Shown in pieces: positions 11,601-23,934 of a DNA stretch of 64,000 bases. The position numbers and the translations under genes were made by a program. Location of the stretch: contig NC_090374.1 of NCBI RefSeq assembly GCF_036365525.1, positions 154,102,502-154,166,501 on the forward strand. Direction: 5' to 3'. Each line of letters opens with the position of its first letter. Position 1 is the first letter of the stretch. The notes beneath the pieces were generated by a model. It was not told the origin of the DNA. It saw nothing but the letters and a program-made list of their open reading frames with translations, and did not search any database. Source of the DNA: Heterodontus francisci. Taxonomy: Eukaryota.

Positions 11601-12717
11601 CAGACTACCTGAAGGTGTTGGGGATATGGTTCGGAAGGGCCGTGGCTTGCACCAAAACCTGGAAGGAGCGAGTAGCCAGGATACACCATAAGCTGAGCAT
11701 ATGGGGGCAGCGATCTCTCTCCATTGTGGGTAAGAACCTGGTCATCAAATACGAGGTGCTCACATTGTTGCTCCATCCAGTTGGACCGTGCCATACCACC
11801 TATCCTTCGTGGAAAGGTTTCTGCGGAAAAACACCTTTGACCACCAATCCATCAGGCAGTGGTCTACACGGAATGTCCTCAAGGCCCTACAGAAAAAGGA
11901 GATGGTGGATCCTGTCGAACAGACTGCCAAAATCATTTGGCAGAATGCCTCATCCCCAGAACTCTCAAACAATCACCAAGATGTAGCTTGGCTGGTGGTG
12001 AGAAGAACCCTCCCCATCAGATCCTTCCTGCACGCTCGGAGTCTCACCCCCTCCGCACAATGCCCTCGAGGTGGCTGTGGTGGGGAAGAGACGGTTGCCC
12101 ACCTCCTTCTGGAATGTGTCTTTGCAAAACAGGTGTGGAAAGAGGTGAAGTGGTTTTTGTCGAGGTTCATCCCAAGCAGCTTTGTAACACAGGAGTCTGT
12201 GCTCTACGGGCTGTTCCCAGGGATGCACACCGAGATAAACATCAATTGCTGCTGGACAAGTATCAATTCGGTGAAAGATGCCCTTTGGTCTGCCCGAAAC
12301 TTGCTGGTCTTCTGGCGCAAAGAGTTGTCCACGACCGAATGTTGCAGACTGGCACATTCCAAGTTCCAGAACTACATGCTGAGGGACGCGCTAAAGTTTG
12401 GGGCAGCCACAGCAAAGGCTCAATGGGGAAAGACCACTGTGTAAGATCCCCCCGCCAAGGTGAACTGAGGGGCTGGATCCATGGAAAACCCCTTGAACTG
12501 TAGTCAGAAAATATTTGCTGTAAAATGTACATGGCATTTAAAATGAAATGGAAGGTTTGTGAGGCAACTCACTCCTGTATTGAAGGAAACTGCTTTCCTT
12601 TACAGTCTTTGTATTGTTTGACTTCGTGCTTTTTGGAACTGTTTTGTAATGTATTTTTTTACAGATTTTTATGAATAAAGTGTATTTTGGGAAAAAAAAG
12701 CTGTTAAAATCCAGCCC
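8643..12717. mobile_element. Non-autonomous Harbinger MITE, right TIR split by a Tx1 insertion
   Basis: Left TIR gggctggattttac. Right TIR gttaaaatccagccc (12703-12717). Interior related to 18715-19483 in the opposite orientation. Confidence 0.8.
9390..12699 (+). mobile_element. Tx1-clade (L1 group) LINE, ORF2 only (APE endonuclease, RT, zf-RVT), disrupted
   Basis: Endonuclease: NMRSIKS..LLFLQEC, GGDFNC, SDHC. RT: NWRPISLLNVDYKILSK, LDQEKAFDRI, GVRQGCPLSP, YMDDV. C-terminal CPRGGCGGEETVAHLLLEC. AATAAA plus A-tail. TSD gctgttaaaat at 9379-9389 and 12700-12710. Confidence 0.92.
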
Positions 12718-13231
12718 CATGCATCTGGCACCTGGCAAGGAAATTAAAAATACAATAAAACCACTTAGTTTTTGGGCCTCTTCTGGCACAGGTTGCTATT
12801 CCTACCAGGTTGGCCTGGTGATTGTTAATGTTTTTTGCCACTGATTCTTTCCAAATTACAGCAAGATACTTTTAACGTTCCTCACAGACATTGTCTCACT
12901 GAGCTAAAGTGACTTAAAAAAAATGTTAATTTCCCTTGGCTAACCCCTTCAAATTGTTCTCCTATAAATTACTCCCAGAACACTGCTCAAATTAATTACT
13001 GGAAACCCAACTAAAATACTTCCTGGAGCTATGTTCAATAACTAGAAATATTAATTTTCCTTCATCATCTCTTCAGTTATTTTCAATTTCATTCGCAATG
13101 GAGTGATGTTCAATAAATTCATTCTTGGACTAATTTATGGAAGAACAGCTCTTGGGGCTGTACTCAGTTAAACTAATATCTGTGCACAGGCTCTAATTAA
13201 TATTGCTGACAGATTAAGAAGATGAATGAAG

Positions 13232-13545
13232 CTGTACTGGTACTAGTAACCCAAAGGGCAGGAGTTCAAATCCCACCACATCAAGCTGTGAAAGTAAATT
13301 CAATAGATCTGGTCAAATCTGCACCACAAAAATGACCATGAGAACTGCTGGATGGTCATAAAAAAAAAACAACTGGTTGACTCATGCCCTTAATTGGAGG
13401 GACCTAGACTACCTAGTCTGGCTTCCATGTGATTCCAGTCCCACACTACATTGTTGACTCTTAATGCCTTCAGAGCTGCTAAGGATTGATAATAGATATT
13501 CTCAGTCAGTGTCACCCACATCACAAGAACAAATAAAAAAAAACT
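13232..13545 (+). mobile_element. tRNA-headed SINE derived from the 5' and 3' ends of a CR1-group LINE
   Basis: B box gagttcaaatccc. Body matches 55320-55500. Tail resembles 20470-20542. Confidence 0.65.
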
Positions 13546-13639
13546 GTACCATATCTGATCTCAGTTTGGCAATCCCGTTGATATCTTTTTCACCCCAGTT
13601 AATTGAAGCATTGTTTGAACATCAATGTTCATTAGTGTT

Positions 13640-13757
13640 AGAGCAAAATACTGTGGATGCTGGAAATCTGAAATAAAAACAGAAAATGCTGGAAATACTC
13701 AGTAGGTCTGGTAGCATCTGTGGAGAGAGGACAGTTCTAATGAAAGGTCATCAACAA
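13640..13757. mobile_element. Partial copy of the palindromic Penelope-like element
   Basis: gcaaaatactgtggatgctggaaatctgaaataaaaac..., then cagttctaatgaaaggtcatcaac (degenerate hammerhead 5' half). Confidence 0.65.
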
Positions 13758-13816
13758 GCAGCTCATACAAAAACTGTTAAAAGGCCTCATTTCTGCCATT
13801 GTACAACAGAGATTAC

Positions 13817-14395
13817 GGCCGGAATTTTACACCACCCCAACGAGCGGGATGGTGGCGTAAAATGGAGCAGCAGGCTCCGGGAGGCTTTTCCAACCTGCTC
13901 CTGCCTCCGCCGCCCTTTACATAGGCCACTTAAGAGCCTTCGCCTGCCTCCACGCGGATTTTACGCATGGCAAGCGGGCGTTCTGGAGCCAGGAAAAGCT
14001 GCCTGGGAAAACCAGGCGGCTGCCGATCGTCCTGGAGGTGGGGGAGGGCCCCTGCTCATTGGACACAGGGTGCCCGATGGACGACCACCCCCCGCTACCC
14101 CAACCATCCCCAGCACCCAACACGCCCCCCCCCCCTTCCCCCCAGTAGACTACCCTTGCCTGGCCGGGTCCGACCAATTACCCCCGGCGAGGCAATGTGC
14201 CCAAAGTCCTGCTGTGGGGCACTTTTGGCCACAGTGGGAATCGTGGAGGATGGGAAGCTCACTGGAAGGCCAATTAAACCACTTAAGGGCCACCTCCCTG
14301 CCTCTTCTGGCATTTAACCAATGAAGGGGCCCACTGCCACGCGGCAACATTGCAAGGTGAGACCTCCTGGCTTCATAATGGGATCGGGGCGTCCC
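13817..14395. mobile_element. Harbinger MITE fragment
   Basis: Starts with the ggccggaatttta TIR. GC-rich interior related to the other MITEs. Truncated by CR1. Confidence 0.55.
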
Positions 14396-14397
14396 TT

Positions 14398-16045
14398 AGA
14401 GAAAAAGCATATAATTGTGCAAAGATGGCAGATCAGAAGATTGGACAGAATATAAAAAACAGCAAAGAATGACTAAAAAGATTAATAAGGAGGGAAAAAT
14501 TACAGTATGAGAGAAAGCTGGCTAGAAATATAAAAACAGGTAGTAAGAGTTTCTATAGATTTTTTTAAAAAAGAGTTAACAAAGTGAGCGATGGTCCTAT
14601 AGAAATTGAATCTGGGAAATTAATAATGGAAAATAAGGAGACAACAGATGAACTGAATAGTATTTTGCATCGGTCTTCACTATAGAGGATACAAGTAACA
14701 TCTCAGAAATAGCTGTAAATCAGGAAATGGAAGGGAGGGAGGAACTCAAGAAAATTACAATCACCAGGGAAGTGGTACTGAACAAATTGTTGGAGCTGCG
14801 GGCTGACAAGTCCCTGGGTTCTGATGGACTTGATTCTAGGGTCTTAAAAGAAGTGACTAGTGAGATAGTTGTGCGTTGGTTTAATTTTCCAAAATTCCCT
14901 AGATACGGGAAAGGTTCCATTCGATTGGAAAATAGCCAATGTAACTCCTTTACTCAAAAATGGAGGGAGACAGAAAGCAGGAAATTACAGGCCGGTTAGC
15001 TTAACATCTGTCTTAGGGAAAATGTTAGAAGCTATTATTAAAGACGTTATAGCAGGGCATTAAGAAAAATTCAAGGTAATCAGGCAGAGTCAATATGGTT
15101 TTGTGAAAGGGAAATCATGTTTAACCAATTTATTTGATTTCTTTGAAGAAGTAACATGCTGTGGATAAAGGGGAAGTGGTGGATGTACTGTACTTAGATT
15201 TCCAGGAGGCATTTGATAAGGTGCCACATCATAGGTTATTACAGAAAATAAAAACTCATGGTGTAGGGGGTAACATTTTGGCATGGATAGAAGATTGGCT
15301 AGCTAACAGAAAACAGAGAGTAGTCATAAAATGGGTCATTTTCTGGTTGGCAAAATGTAATGAGTGGTGTGCCACAGGGATCAGTGCTGGGGCCTCAACT
15401 TTTTACAATTTATATAAATGACTTGAATGAAGGGACCGAAGGTATGGTTGTGAAATTTGCTGATAACACAAAGATAGGTAGGAAAGTAAGTTGTGAAGAG
15501 GACATAAGGAGGTTACAAAGGGATATAGATAGGTTAAATGAGTGGGCAAATGGAGCATAATGTGGGAAAATGTGAAATTGTCCATTTTGGCAGGAAGAAT
15601 AAAAAGGAAGCATATTATCTAAATGGTGAGAGATTGCAGAACTCTGAGATGCAGAAGGATCTGGGTGTCCTAGTGCATGAATCGCATAAGGTTAGTTTGC
15701 AGGTACAGCAAGTAATTAGGAAAGCTAATAGAATATGTCATTGTTTATTGCAAGGGGAATTAAATACAAAAGTTGGAAGGTTATGCTACAGTTATACAGG
15801 GCATTGGTGAGATCACATCTGGAGTACTGTGTACAATATTGGACTCCTTATTTAAGAATGTAAATGCGTTGGAAGCAGTTCAGAGAAGGTTTATTTGACT
15901 AGTACCTGGATTGGGCGGGTTGTCTTATGAGGAAATGTTGGACAGGCTAGGCTTGTATCCGCTGGGGTTTAGGAGAGTAAGAGGCGACTTGATTAAAATA
16001 TATACGTTCCTGAGGGGTCTTGACAGGGTGGATTGTGGAAAGGAT
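14398..16045 (+). mobile_element. CR1 LINE, RT region, disrupted
   Basis: WKIANVTPLLK..GNYRPVSLTSVLGK, YLDFQEAFDKVPH, SGVPQGSVLGPQLFTIYINDL, KFADNTK. Confidence 0.92.
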
Positions 16046-16237
16046 GGTGGGTTGGAGCCGGTTTCCTGACGCACTCGCATTTTGCCTTAATTTCACTTTC
16101 CCCCCCACTCACCCACACCCAAGCCCACTCACTCACCAATGTTAAAGTTCCTCTCATTAATCAAGAATGTTCGATACATATATCAAAAATTCCCCTTCTT
16201 CCCTACCCTGAGCAGTATGCTTTCCCCATTAGGGTAA

Positions 16238-17428
16238 TTCTTTGGGCCTCCTTATCTCGAGAGACAATGGATACGTGCCTGGAGGTGGTCAGTGGTTTGT
16301 GAAGCAGCGCCTGGAGTGGCTATAAAGGCCAATTCTAGAGTGACAGGCTCTTCCACAGGTGCTGCAGAGAAATTTGTTTGTCGGGGCTGTTACACAGTTG
16401 GCTCTCCCCTTGCGCCTCTGTCTTTTTTCCTGCCAACTACTAAGTCTCTTCGACTCGCCACATTTTAGCCCTGTCTTTATGGCTGCCCGCCAGCTCTGGC
16501 GAACGCTGGCAACTGACTCCCACAACTTGTGATCAATATCACAGGATTTCATGTCGCGTTTGCAGACGTCTTTAAAGCGGAGATGTGGACGACCGGTGGG
16601 TCTGATACCAGTGGCGAGCTCGCTGTACAATGTGTCTTTGGGGATCCTGCCATCTTCCATGCAGCTCACATGGCCAAGCCATCTCAAGCGCCGCTGACTC
16701 AGTAGTGTGTACAAGCTGGGGATGTTGGCCGCCTCGAGGACTTCTGTGTTGGAGATACGGTCCTGCCACCTGATGCCAAGTATTCTCCGGAGGCAGCGAA
16801 GATGGAATGAATTGCGACGTCGCCCTTGGCTGGCATACGTTGTCCCGGCCTCGCTGCCATAGAGCAAGGTACTGAGGACACAGGCCTGATACACTCGGAC
16901 TTTTGTGTTCCGTGTCAGTGCGCCATTTTCTCACACTCTCTTGGCCAGTCTGGACATAGCAGTGGAAGCCTTTCCCATGCGCTTGTTGATTTCTGCATCT
17001 AGAGACAGGTTACTGGTGATAGTTGAGCCTAGGTAGGTGAACTCTTGAACCACTTCCAGAGCGTGGTCGCCAATATTGATGGATGGAGCATTTCTGACGT
17101 CCTGCCCCATGATGTTCGTTTTCTTGAGGCTGATGGTTAGGCCAAATTCATTGCAGGCAGCCGCAAACCTGTCGATGAGACTCTGCAGACACTCTTCAGT
17201 GTGAGATGTTAAAGCAGCATCGTCAGCAAAGAGGAGTTCCCTGATGAGGACTTTCCGTACTTTGGACTTCGCTCTTAGACGGGCAAGGTTGAACAACCTG
17301 CCCCCTGATCTTGTGTGGAGGAAAATTCCTTCTTCAGAGGACTTGAACGCATGTGAAAGCAGCAGGGAGAAGAAAATCCCAAAAAGTGTAGGTGCGAGAA
17401 CACAGCCCTGTTTCACGCCACTCAGGAT
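16238..17428 (-). mobile_element. RTE-clade LINE, 5'-truncated (copy 1)
   Basis: GVKQGCVLAP, LLFADDAAL, RRLRWLGHV, C-terminal CSTCGRACHSRIGLYSH. Nearly identical to copies 2 and 3. Confidence 0.93.
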
Positions 17429-17499
17429 CCTATTACTACTGCTCTACTTTTGATACACGCCATTGAAATTTGACAACGAATTTGCTCATTTATCTCCTT

Positions 17500-17700
17500 T
17501 GTACTCTTTGGAGCTGAATAAAAAACTCATAACAATGTAGCAACTCTCCATCCGTTCCTTAACTCAAGCCAAATAGCTTCAGTCCTTTCTAATTACAACT
17601 GTAACATTATCCTTAACCAATACTGACGCACTCCACCTCTTTTTCCTTCTCTATCATTCCTGAATACTTGATAAACAGGATTATTAAGAATACTTTCCTG
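17500..17700 (-). mobile_element. CR1 endonuclease fragment
   Basis: Minus strand reads LNNPVYQVFRNDREGKRGG. Confidence 0.55.
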
Positions 17701-18379
17701 TCTTTGTTCCAAATCCCTTAACACCCTTACCTAACAAAAGTATATCTCTGCTTGTAAATTTTCAATTGACCTAACCGCAACAGCTTTTCATTTGACATTC
17801 ATAAAACAAAATGAACACAAGTCTTGACTAAATTATTAGAAATCATTTGCTGTCTCATATCTATTATTCCATAACCAGTGTAAATTAATCAACATTTAAC
17901 TTTTCGAGTTAAAATAGTGCAAGCACCAAAATATATTCTTTGTAAATGCTGCAAACCAATCTGGCACCTGATTGGTAACGAGTGGTTATTAATATGGTTC
18001 GGATTCTGGCACCATTTTGGAGAATTGGTGCAGGAGTTGAAGGTTAAACCCCTCTACCTTTACCTCAGCTCAATGGGTTAAAGCAGCCATTGCCAGCTGT
18101 TATGATTGTGCAGCAAGGATGGGAAGTCTTTCAAAACCGAGAGCGGGGCCTTGTCATTTAACTGGTGGCTGGACCTCAGATCCTGCCACTACCAACCTCC
18201 ATCTGTCACACACCAACCATTCCCACCCACACACACTATCAAAAGAAACAAAAGTTATTTCGGAGAAAGTCTCTTATTTTGGAGCCACACGTGCCATCCC
18301 ATCAATTCTCTTTGTCTCATTGCACAACAATTATTCATCCTCTCTCCGTCTCTCCTACCACAGCAGTTTGAAAGGAAGA

Positions 18380-19570
18380 CTTCCATTTTTACGGCATCTT
18401 TCACAGCCTCAGGGGATCCCAACGTGTTTTACAACCAATGAAGAATTCAAATGCATTCACTGTGGAATGTTAGAGCAAGACTCCACAAACAACAACAAGA
18501 TGATGACAAGATAATCTGTTTTACTAGTGTTGGTTGAGAGATAAGTAATAATCAGGACACTGGGAAGAGGTCCCTTGCTCTTTTCTGACCAGCACCATTA
18601 GATCTTGTATGTCCACCTCAGAGGAAAGGCAGGGCCTCAACTTAATTTCTCATCCGAAAAACAGTGGCGCCGATGGTGCAGCACTCCCTGCATTGAAGTG
18701 TCAGACTAAAGAATGGGCTGGATTTTACCAGCCCCTCCGACGTCGGGGGTCGTGGCAGGGGGGCCCAGAAAATATCTCCAGGAGAGACCTGCCATGTGCC
18801 TTCGTGCCGGGAAGGCCCCACCCATATTACCGGCGGCAGCAAGGTCTATTGGCGGTGCTACCCCCCCCACTGGCCGCTTCCGAAAGAAGCTTAATTTAAA
18901 TATTGAAAGACATTTTAATCAATGCATAATTACTTACCTCATCGCGACGGCTGTTCCACGCTGATATTCCAGCTTATTGCCTGAACTCCCATGCTTTCGA
19001 ATCTCCATTCGGAGATCCGAGGTGACACACAGGTGGGGAGGGGGGAGGAGTAAAGTTTTCAGGGCGAGGGCGTGTGAGGGAGCAGGGAAAACTCTTGCTA
19101 TTGGGTGAGAGGATAGTGAAAAGGGGTTGAAGGTCAAAGTTAATAAAGTGCGGGAGGGAAAGTTCGGGATCGAAAGTTTACTTTTTTTGGCGGGAGAGGG
19201 CAATTTATTGATTGATTAGGCATTGGGGGTTGGGAGAGGGGATGAAAAGTGCTCCTAAAGTTTTACATTTTTTTTAGCTAACTGTAACTTTAAAAATGTA
19301 AATGGACCTGAAGGGCTTGAAGCCTTTTTAAAATGGCGCTGGCGCCTGCACGGTGGCACCAGATGCTGTTGACGGGGCTGTAACGCACACCCCTTCTACC
19401 ACATCGGGGGCGGGCATTCCACCCCCTCCATGTACCTATCACGGCAGCTCTGAGATCGGCAGCGAGCAGGAAAAATCCAGCCCAATGTGTTTAAGTCTCT
19501 GGAGTGAAACTTGCATATAACCTTCTGACTTCGAAGGCAAGAGTGCTACCTTTGTGCCATGATTGAGACA
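18380..19570 (-). mobile_element. Deu-domain SINE (SacSINE1-like) split by a Harbinger MITE
   Basis: Reverse complement of the 25515-25975 type. SINE sequence resumes exactly after 19486. Confidence 0.7.
18715..19483. mobile_element. Non-autonomous Harbinger MITE
   Basis: TIRs gggctggattttac / aaaaatccagccc. 3-bp TSD AAT at 18712-14 and 19484-86. Confidence 0.88.
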
Positions 19571-19947
19571 CCGATTGTTTGCTAGTGTTTAATGCTGTTC
19601 TCTATATTCCTTTACCTTGTAAAAACACAAGCAAAAATTGTTCTGCATAATGCTTAACTTCCGCCTGCATTTATACTCTTTTTCTTTGAGAGGAAGGATC
19701 ACGGAGCAGCATTAAACATCAACAAATTATCTGCTGGCACTTTCTCATGACATTCCAACGTTCTTTACTCATGTCTACTTTTTCTGCTAAATCCCACTAC
19801 AAGTGTGACAGGGCAAGATCTTCGTGAGGGGAGTGATGTTAATGGACTGGGAACTTTAGTAAAAGATAAAATTATAAATCGTAGAGACAGTGAGCTAAAG
19901 ATTGAGATAGATAGTGATTTTGAGCCTTGAGAGATAGTTAGATAGAG

Positions 19948-20542
19948 GCTAGGAATCCTGAGGCGAGTAACTCACCTTCTGACTCCCCAAAGCCTGTCCA
20001 CAATCTACAAGGCACAAGTCAGGAGTGTGATGGAATACTCTCCACTTGCCTGGATGGATGCAGCTCCAACAACACTCAAGAAGCTCGACACCATCCAGGA
20101 CAAAGCAGCCCGCTTGATTGGCACCCCATCTACAAACTTTCACTCCCTCCACCCCCAACGCACAGTGGCAGCAGTGTGTACCATCTGCAAGATGCACTGC
20201 AGCAATGCACCAAGGCTCCTTAGACAGCACCTTCCAAACCCACGACCTCTACCAACTAGAAGGACAAGGGCAGAAAATACATGGGAACACCACCATCTGC
20301 AAGTTCCCCTCCAAGTCACACACCATTCTGACTTGGAATTATATCGCCATTCCTTCACTGTCGCTGGGTCAAAATCCTGGAACTCCCTTCCTAACAGCAC
20401 TGTGGGTGTACCTACCCCACATGGACTGCAGCGGTTCAAGAAGGCAGCTCACCACCACCTTCTCAAGGGCAATTAGGGATGGGCAATAAATGCTGGCCTG
20501 GCCAGCGACGCCCACATCCCTGAATGAATGAATAAAAAAAAC
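19948..20542 (+). mobile_element. CR1-group LINE 3' fragment with intact 3' end
   Basis: YKAQVRSVMEYSPLAW..LDTIQDKAARLI..SWNSLP..FKKAAHHHLLKGN*, then the gggatgggcaataaatgctggcc tail. Same family as 54821-58000. Confidence 0.85.
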
Positions 20543-21469
20543 ACAGGTCACAGGACCAGCACTACGATGCTACAAAGATACTGTCAGCTCTGCTCACACC
20601 AGATTGGAGCCTCAGAAATGACCCCAATATCTCTTTGGAATGAGAGAATATCTCTGGCAGTTAGTCTGCTTATTGCTTTACACAAGGCAGTATAACTCCT
20701 CCACTACAAAGTCATGTTTCTAGATTTACTTTCGAATCATTTCAAGATCAGCCAAGCACAGGCACCATCACTTCCTGTTGCCCTGCCTCCACCCACTCCC
20801 CCCCCCCACCCCCCCACCTCCCCCCCCCCAGCTCCGCAACATTAAACATGCACTGGTCAACTCACTCAATACTGGACAGAGTGGGAAGTGCAGCCAGCAG
20901 TATAACTTGGGTCCGCTGGCTGCATGTTGCATTCTACACATATGGCTCGGGGATCAGTATTTATAGTGTGACCAATTCCTGAGAATATTCTCAGGACTTA
21001 TTTCCTGCAAAGTTTCTTGAAGTGATTGTCAGCATTGCAGATGGGCTGGACTCCTACTTTCCTGAATGCAATGAAATCCATTGTTAGGATATTACCTGCA
21101 CTGATCAAATTGTGCCCTATTTCCTGTTATCATGTCCATTGTTTCCAACTGTTGGTCAGCTTCTCAATTTGTTTCTTAATTCCAGTGAGGAGTGTTTTGG
21201 AAAACTTACTAGCACACACTGGCACTTTAATCTTCTTGAGCAGTATATAGCTGATTAAACAATGGTTCAACCTCGTCTCCCTGATGTGCTATTCGGAGTG
21301 CCAAAGTTGCAACTTTCACAGGGACGATAAACAAAATTCTCTCATATTTGCTGCCACCAGTCACTCTTTGAAATGGACCTCTCATCCCTGATGACCCAGA
21401 GATGACCTTTACAAGCCAATAAATAGACAAACATAAACATGACTTGAGGCCCCCAGCAATAAAAAGAAA

Positions 21470-21790
21470 AAAGAATGACTTTGCATTTATATAACTTCTT
21501 TCACAACCACAGGAAATCCCATAGTTTACAGCCAATTAAGAACTTTTTTGAAGTGTAGTTACTCCTGTAATATAGGAAGCACAGTAGTCAATTTACACAT
21601 AGCAAGCTCCCATAATGATGTGGCTGAAAGATAATTATTTGGCTAGGACATAGTGGAGTAATTCCCTCCAAAATAGTTGAATGGTATATTTTATGTCTAG
21701 CTGAAAGGGCCGATTGGCCCTTGGTTTAGCCTCTCATCCGAACAATGGCACCTCCAACTGTGCAGTACTCTCTCAGTACTGCATTATGTA
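21470..21790 (-). mobile_element. Deu-domain SINE, diverged
   Basis: Reverse-complement match to the body and tail of 25515-25975. Confidence 0.6.
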
Positions 21791-22296
21791 AGAATATCGG
21801 TATGTTTTTACATTAACTGTTGTTTCTATTCGAGACAGTATTGTACTGTAAAAAGATTTGGCTTAAATCATGTTCTTGGAAAGACTGTCTTTCCCCCTCA
21901 ATACTGCTTTTGAAGCATAGGTTTTTCATCACAGCAGGTGGCAGTACAAGGGCAGACAATATAGAACATAATATGCTGCTATAACTGCATTCATGCAAAG
22001 ATTGTTTACAATAGAGCCACAGCTTGTAAAAGCAACCATAGGAAGTAACAGGTGTGAAAAGACAAGGGACACTCATCACTGTTTGACAAACAGTTCGAGC
22101 AACTGTGTGCTCAGAAAGCTTTAGACAGGGTTATATTCAACAGGAAGAAAACCATAATGACAATGGTATAAAGAGATGCCATATTTTTATTTAGCTAGGA
22201 GATAATAAGTGAAGTGAATGATCAGTAACATTGCTGTTTCTAGTTGCACAATCTGTTTTTTTTTAAAAGTAAAGGACTTACCCAACACACTGGAGT

Positions 22297-22551
22297 TGTT
22301 GTCTGATCGCTTTAAGAGTGATGTCCCTTTAAGAACTCAGTATGCTAACGAGCTAAGTACCAGGATGTAGTCATGCAACTAGAAGCCATATTCTCTCTGC
22401 AACTATAACACCCTAGACAAAGATTCTGTATATAGTTTGCTCTGCCTTGTATATACCAGTTTAACTGTTAATAAACCCTGCAAAGATCTTCAACGAACTG
22501 GAATCCATGTACCTCATTTGTTGCTTAACAGAACACAAAGAACTGATGACA
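22297..22551 (+). mobile_element. Solo LTR
   Basis: TG...CA ends (tgttgtc...gatgaca), 5-bp TSD GGAGT (22292-96 and 22552-56), internal AATAAA. Inserted in a Deu-SINE. Confidence 0.85.
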
Positions 22552-23934
22552 GGAGTGTCAGTCTAGAGTTTGTGCTCAACTCTCTGGCGTAGGACTTTAA
22601 CACACAGCTTACTGACTTAGAGGTGAGAGTGATACCACTGAGTCAAGGTTGACATTTTTAAAACAAAATGAGACTTGTCAGATGTCTTTAGCTGCACCAC
22701 TGAAAAGGTAAGAAGATTGGTTTCCAGCTGGAAGGACAGATCAGTAAGCTTCAGACACTTGTCTTTGCACACTGAACAGATAGCTTCATTACCCAGCAGC
22801 ACCAGAAAGGATTAATTCAGTTCCACAAGCATCGCCACACATTGTTTAAAACTGTCAACACATTAGAAAGGTTGCTTGTCTTTATTATGGTGCTTAATTT
22901 ATAGAGCTTGATTTGATTGTTGTTTTTTGTGCTCTAACCACACTCTAATTACCAAAGATTTATTCAGTTCTTTGCTGTTCTGATAAATCACATCTGGAAG
23001 TAGATTGTTTGATTGTAGAAGTCTGCCTTGATTTGTACTAACAGGAGTTAGGAAGCAGCGGCAGAGTTTTGGTTGAGCTGAAATTTATGGCAGGTGAAAG
23101 CTGGGAATCCAGCCAGGAGAGTTTAGTTATTTAAAAAAATATGGGGTCGATTTTCACACGGGTTCTCCCATTTGTCCACTGTAAGTGTTAACTGACGTTC
23201 CTTGTACTTAAGTTAAGTCAAACAAGCAGGTGTTCCCCCGCAGAAAAGCACCCCCCTATGTATCTGCAGCCCTTGATCCCTCTGTTCCTCCCCTAAGTGC
23301 CCATTTCAAACAACTGGATGGCTGGAATGTTGCTCAGGCTTTCTCACCTTTAAATATTTTTCAGGGACCTTCTTGAGTCCTTGTTATGACTTGTGGAAAG
23401 CCCCCCCACCCCAACTGTCGCTCTGCCTTGAGGCCCATGAAGGATCTCAAGATGGATTGTAAGTTTCCGGCCTTGGTTGCTGATTATCCATCATGATCAA
23501 TGCAGTTTGTTTTATAAAACTCCTCCACCTTGCTGCTTTGAATTATTCTGTTGGTGTTCAAGCTGTCTTTCTTCCACAAAGTTCAGCTAAGCATAATTAT
23601 CAATTTAATTTGGACAAGTCATTTTCGCACTGCCGTCAACAACTTTCAATTAGAAATAATGAAGGAGTCTTCTTTTTGGCTTGTTTCATTTGAAAGTAGT
23701 GATGTTCCTTCGCCGTGCCTGTAATGACCCTGCCAACATTGATTTACAGTCAACATGTGGCACCGTTACTCGCAAGTCCTTGCTCAGATTTCCAGTCCTT
23801 ATTTAAATTCAGAGTGATGTTGGTTTCGAGCTCAGCATCCTGTGCAATGAGTAACCTCGGTACTAAACAGACACTTATAAACAGAGGCACGATTTGGGAG
23901 ATTGCAGTAATCATTTCTATAAACTAAGCTGACA

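Noticed and set aside
13686-14324. 212-aa ORF
   Set aside because: Runs across a hairpin element and a GC-rich MITE, so it is a chance open frame.
21000-21535. Protein-like ORF fragments on both strands
   Set aside because: No recognisable domain, internal stops, and the start lies in a SINE tail.
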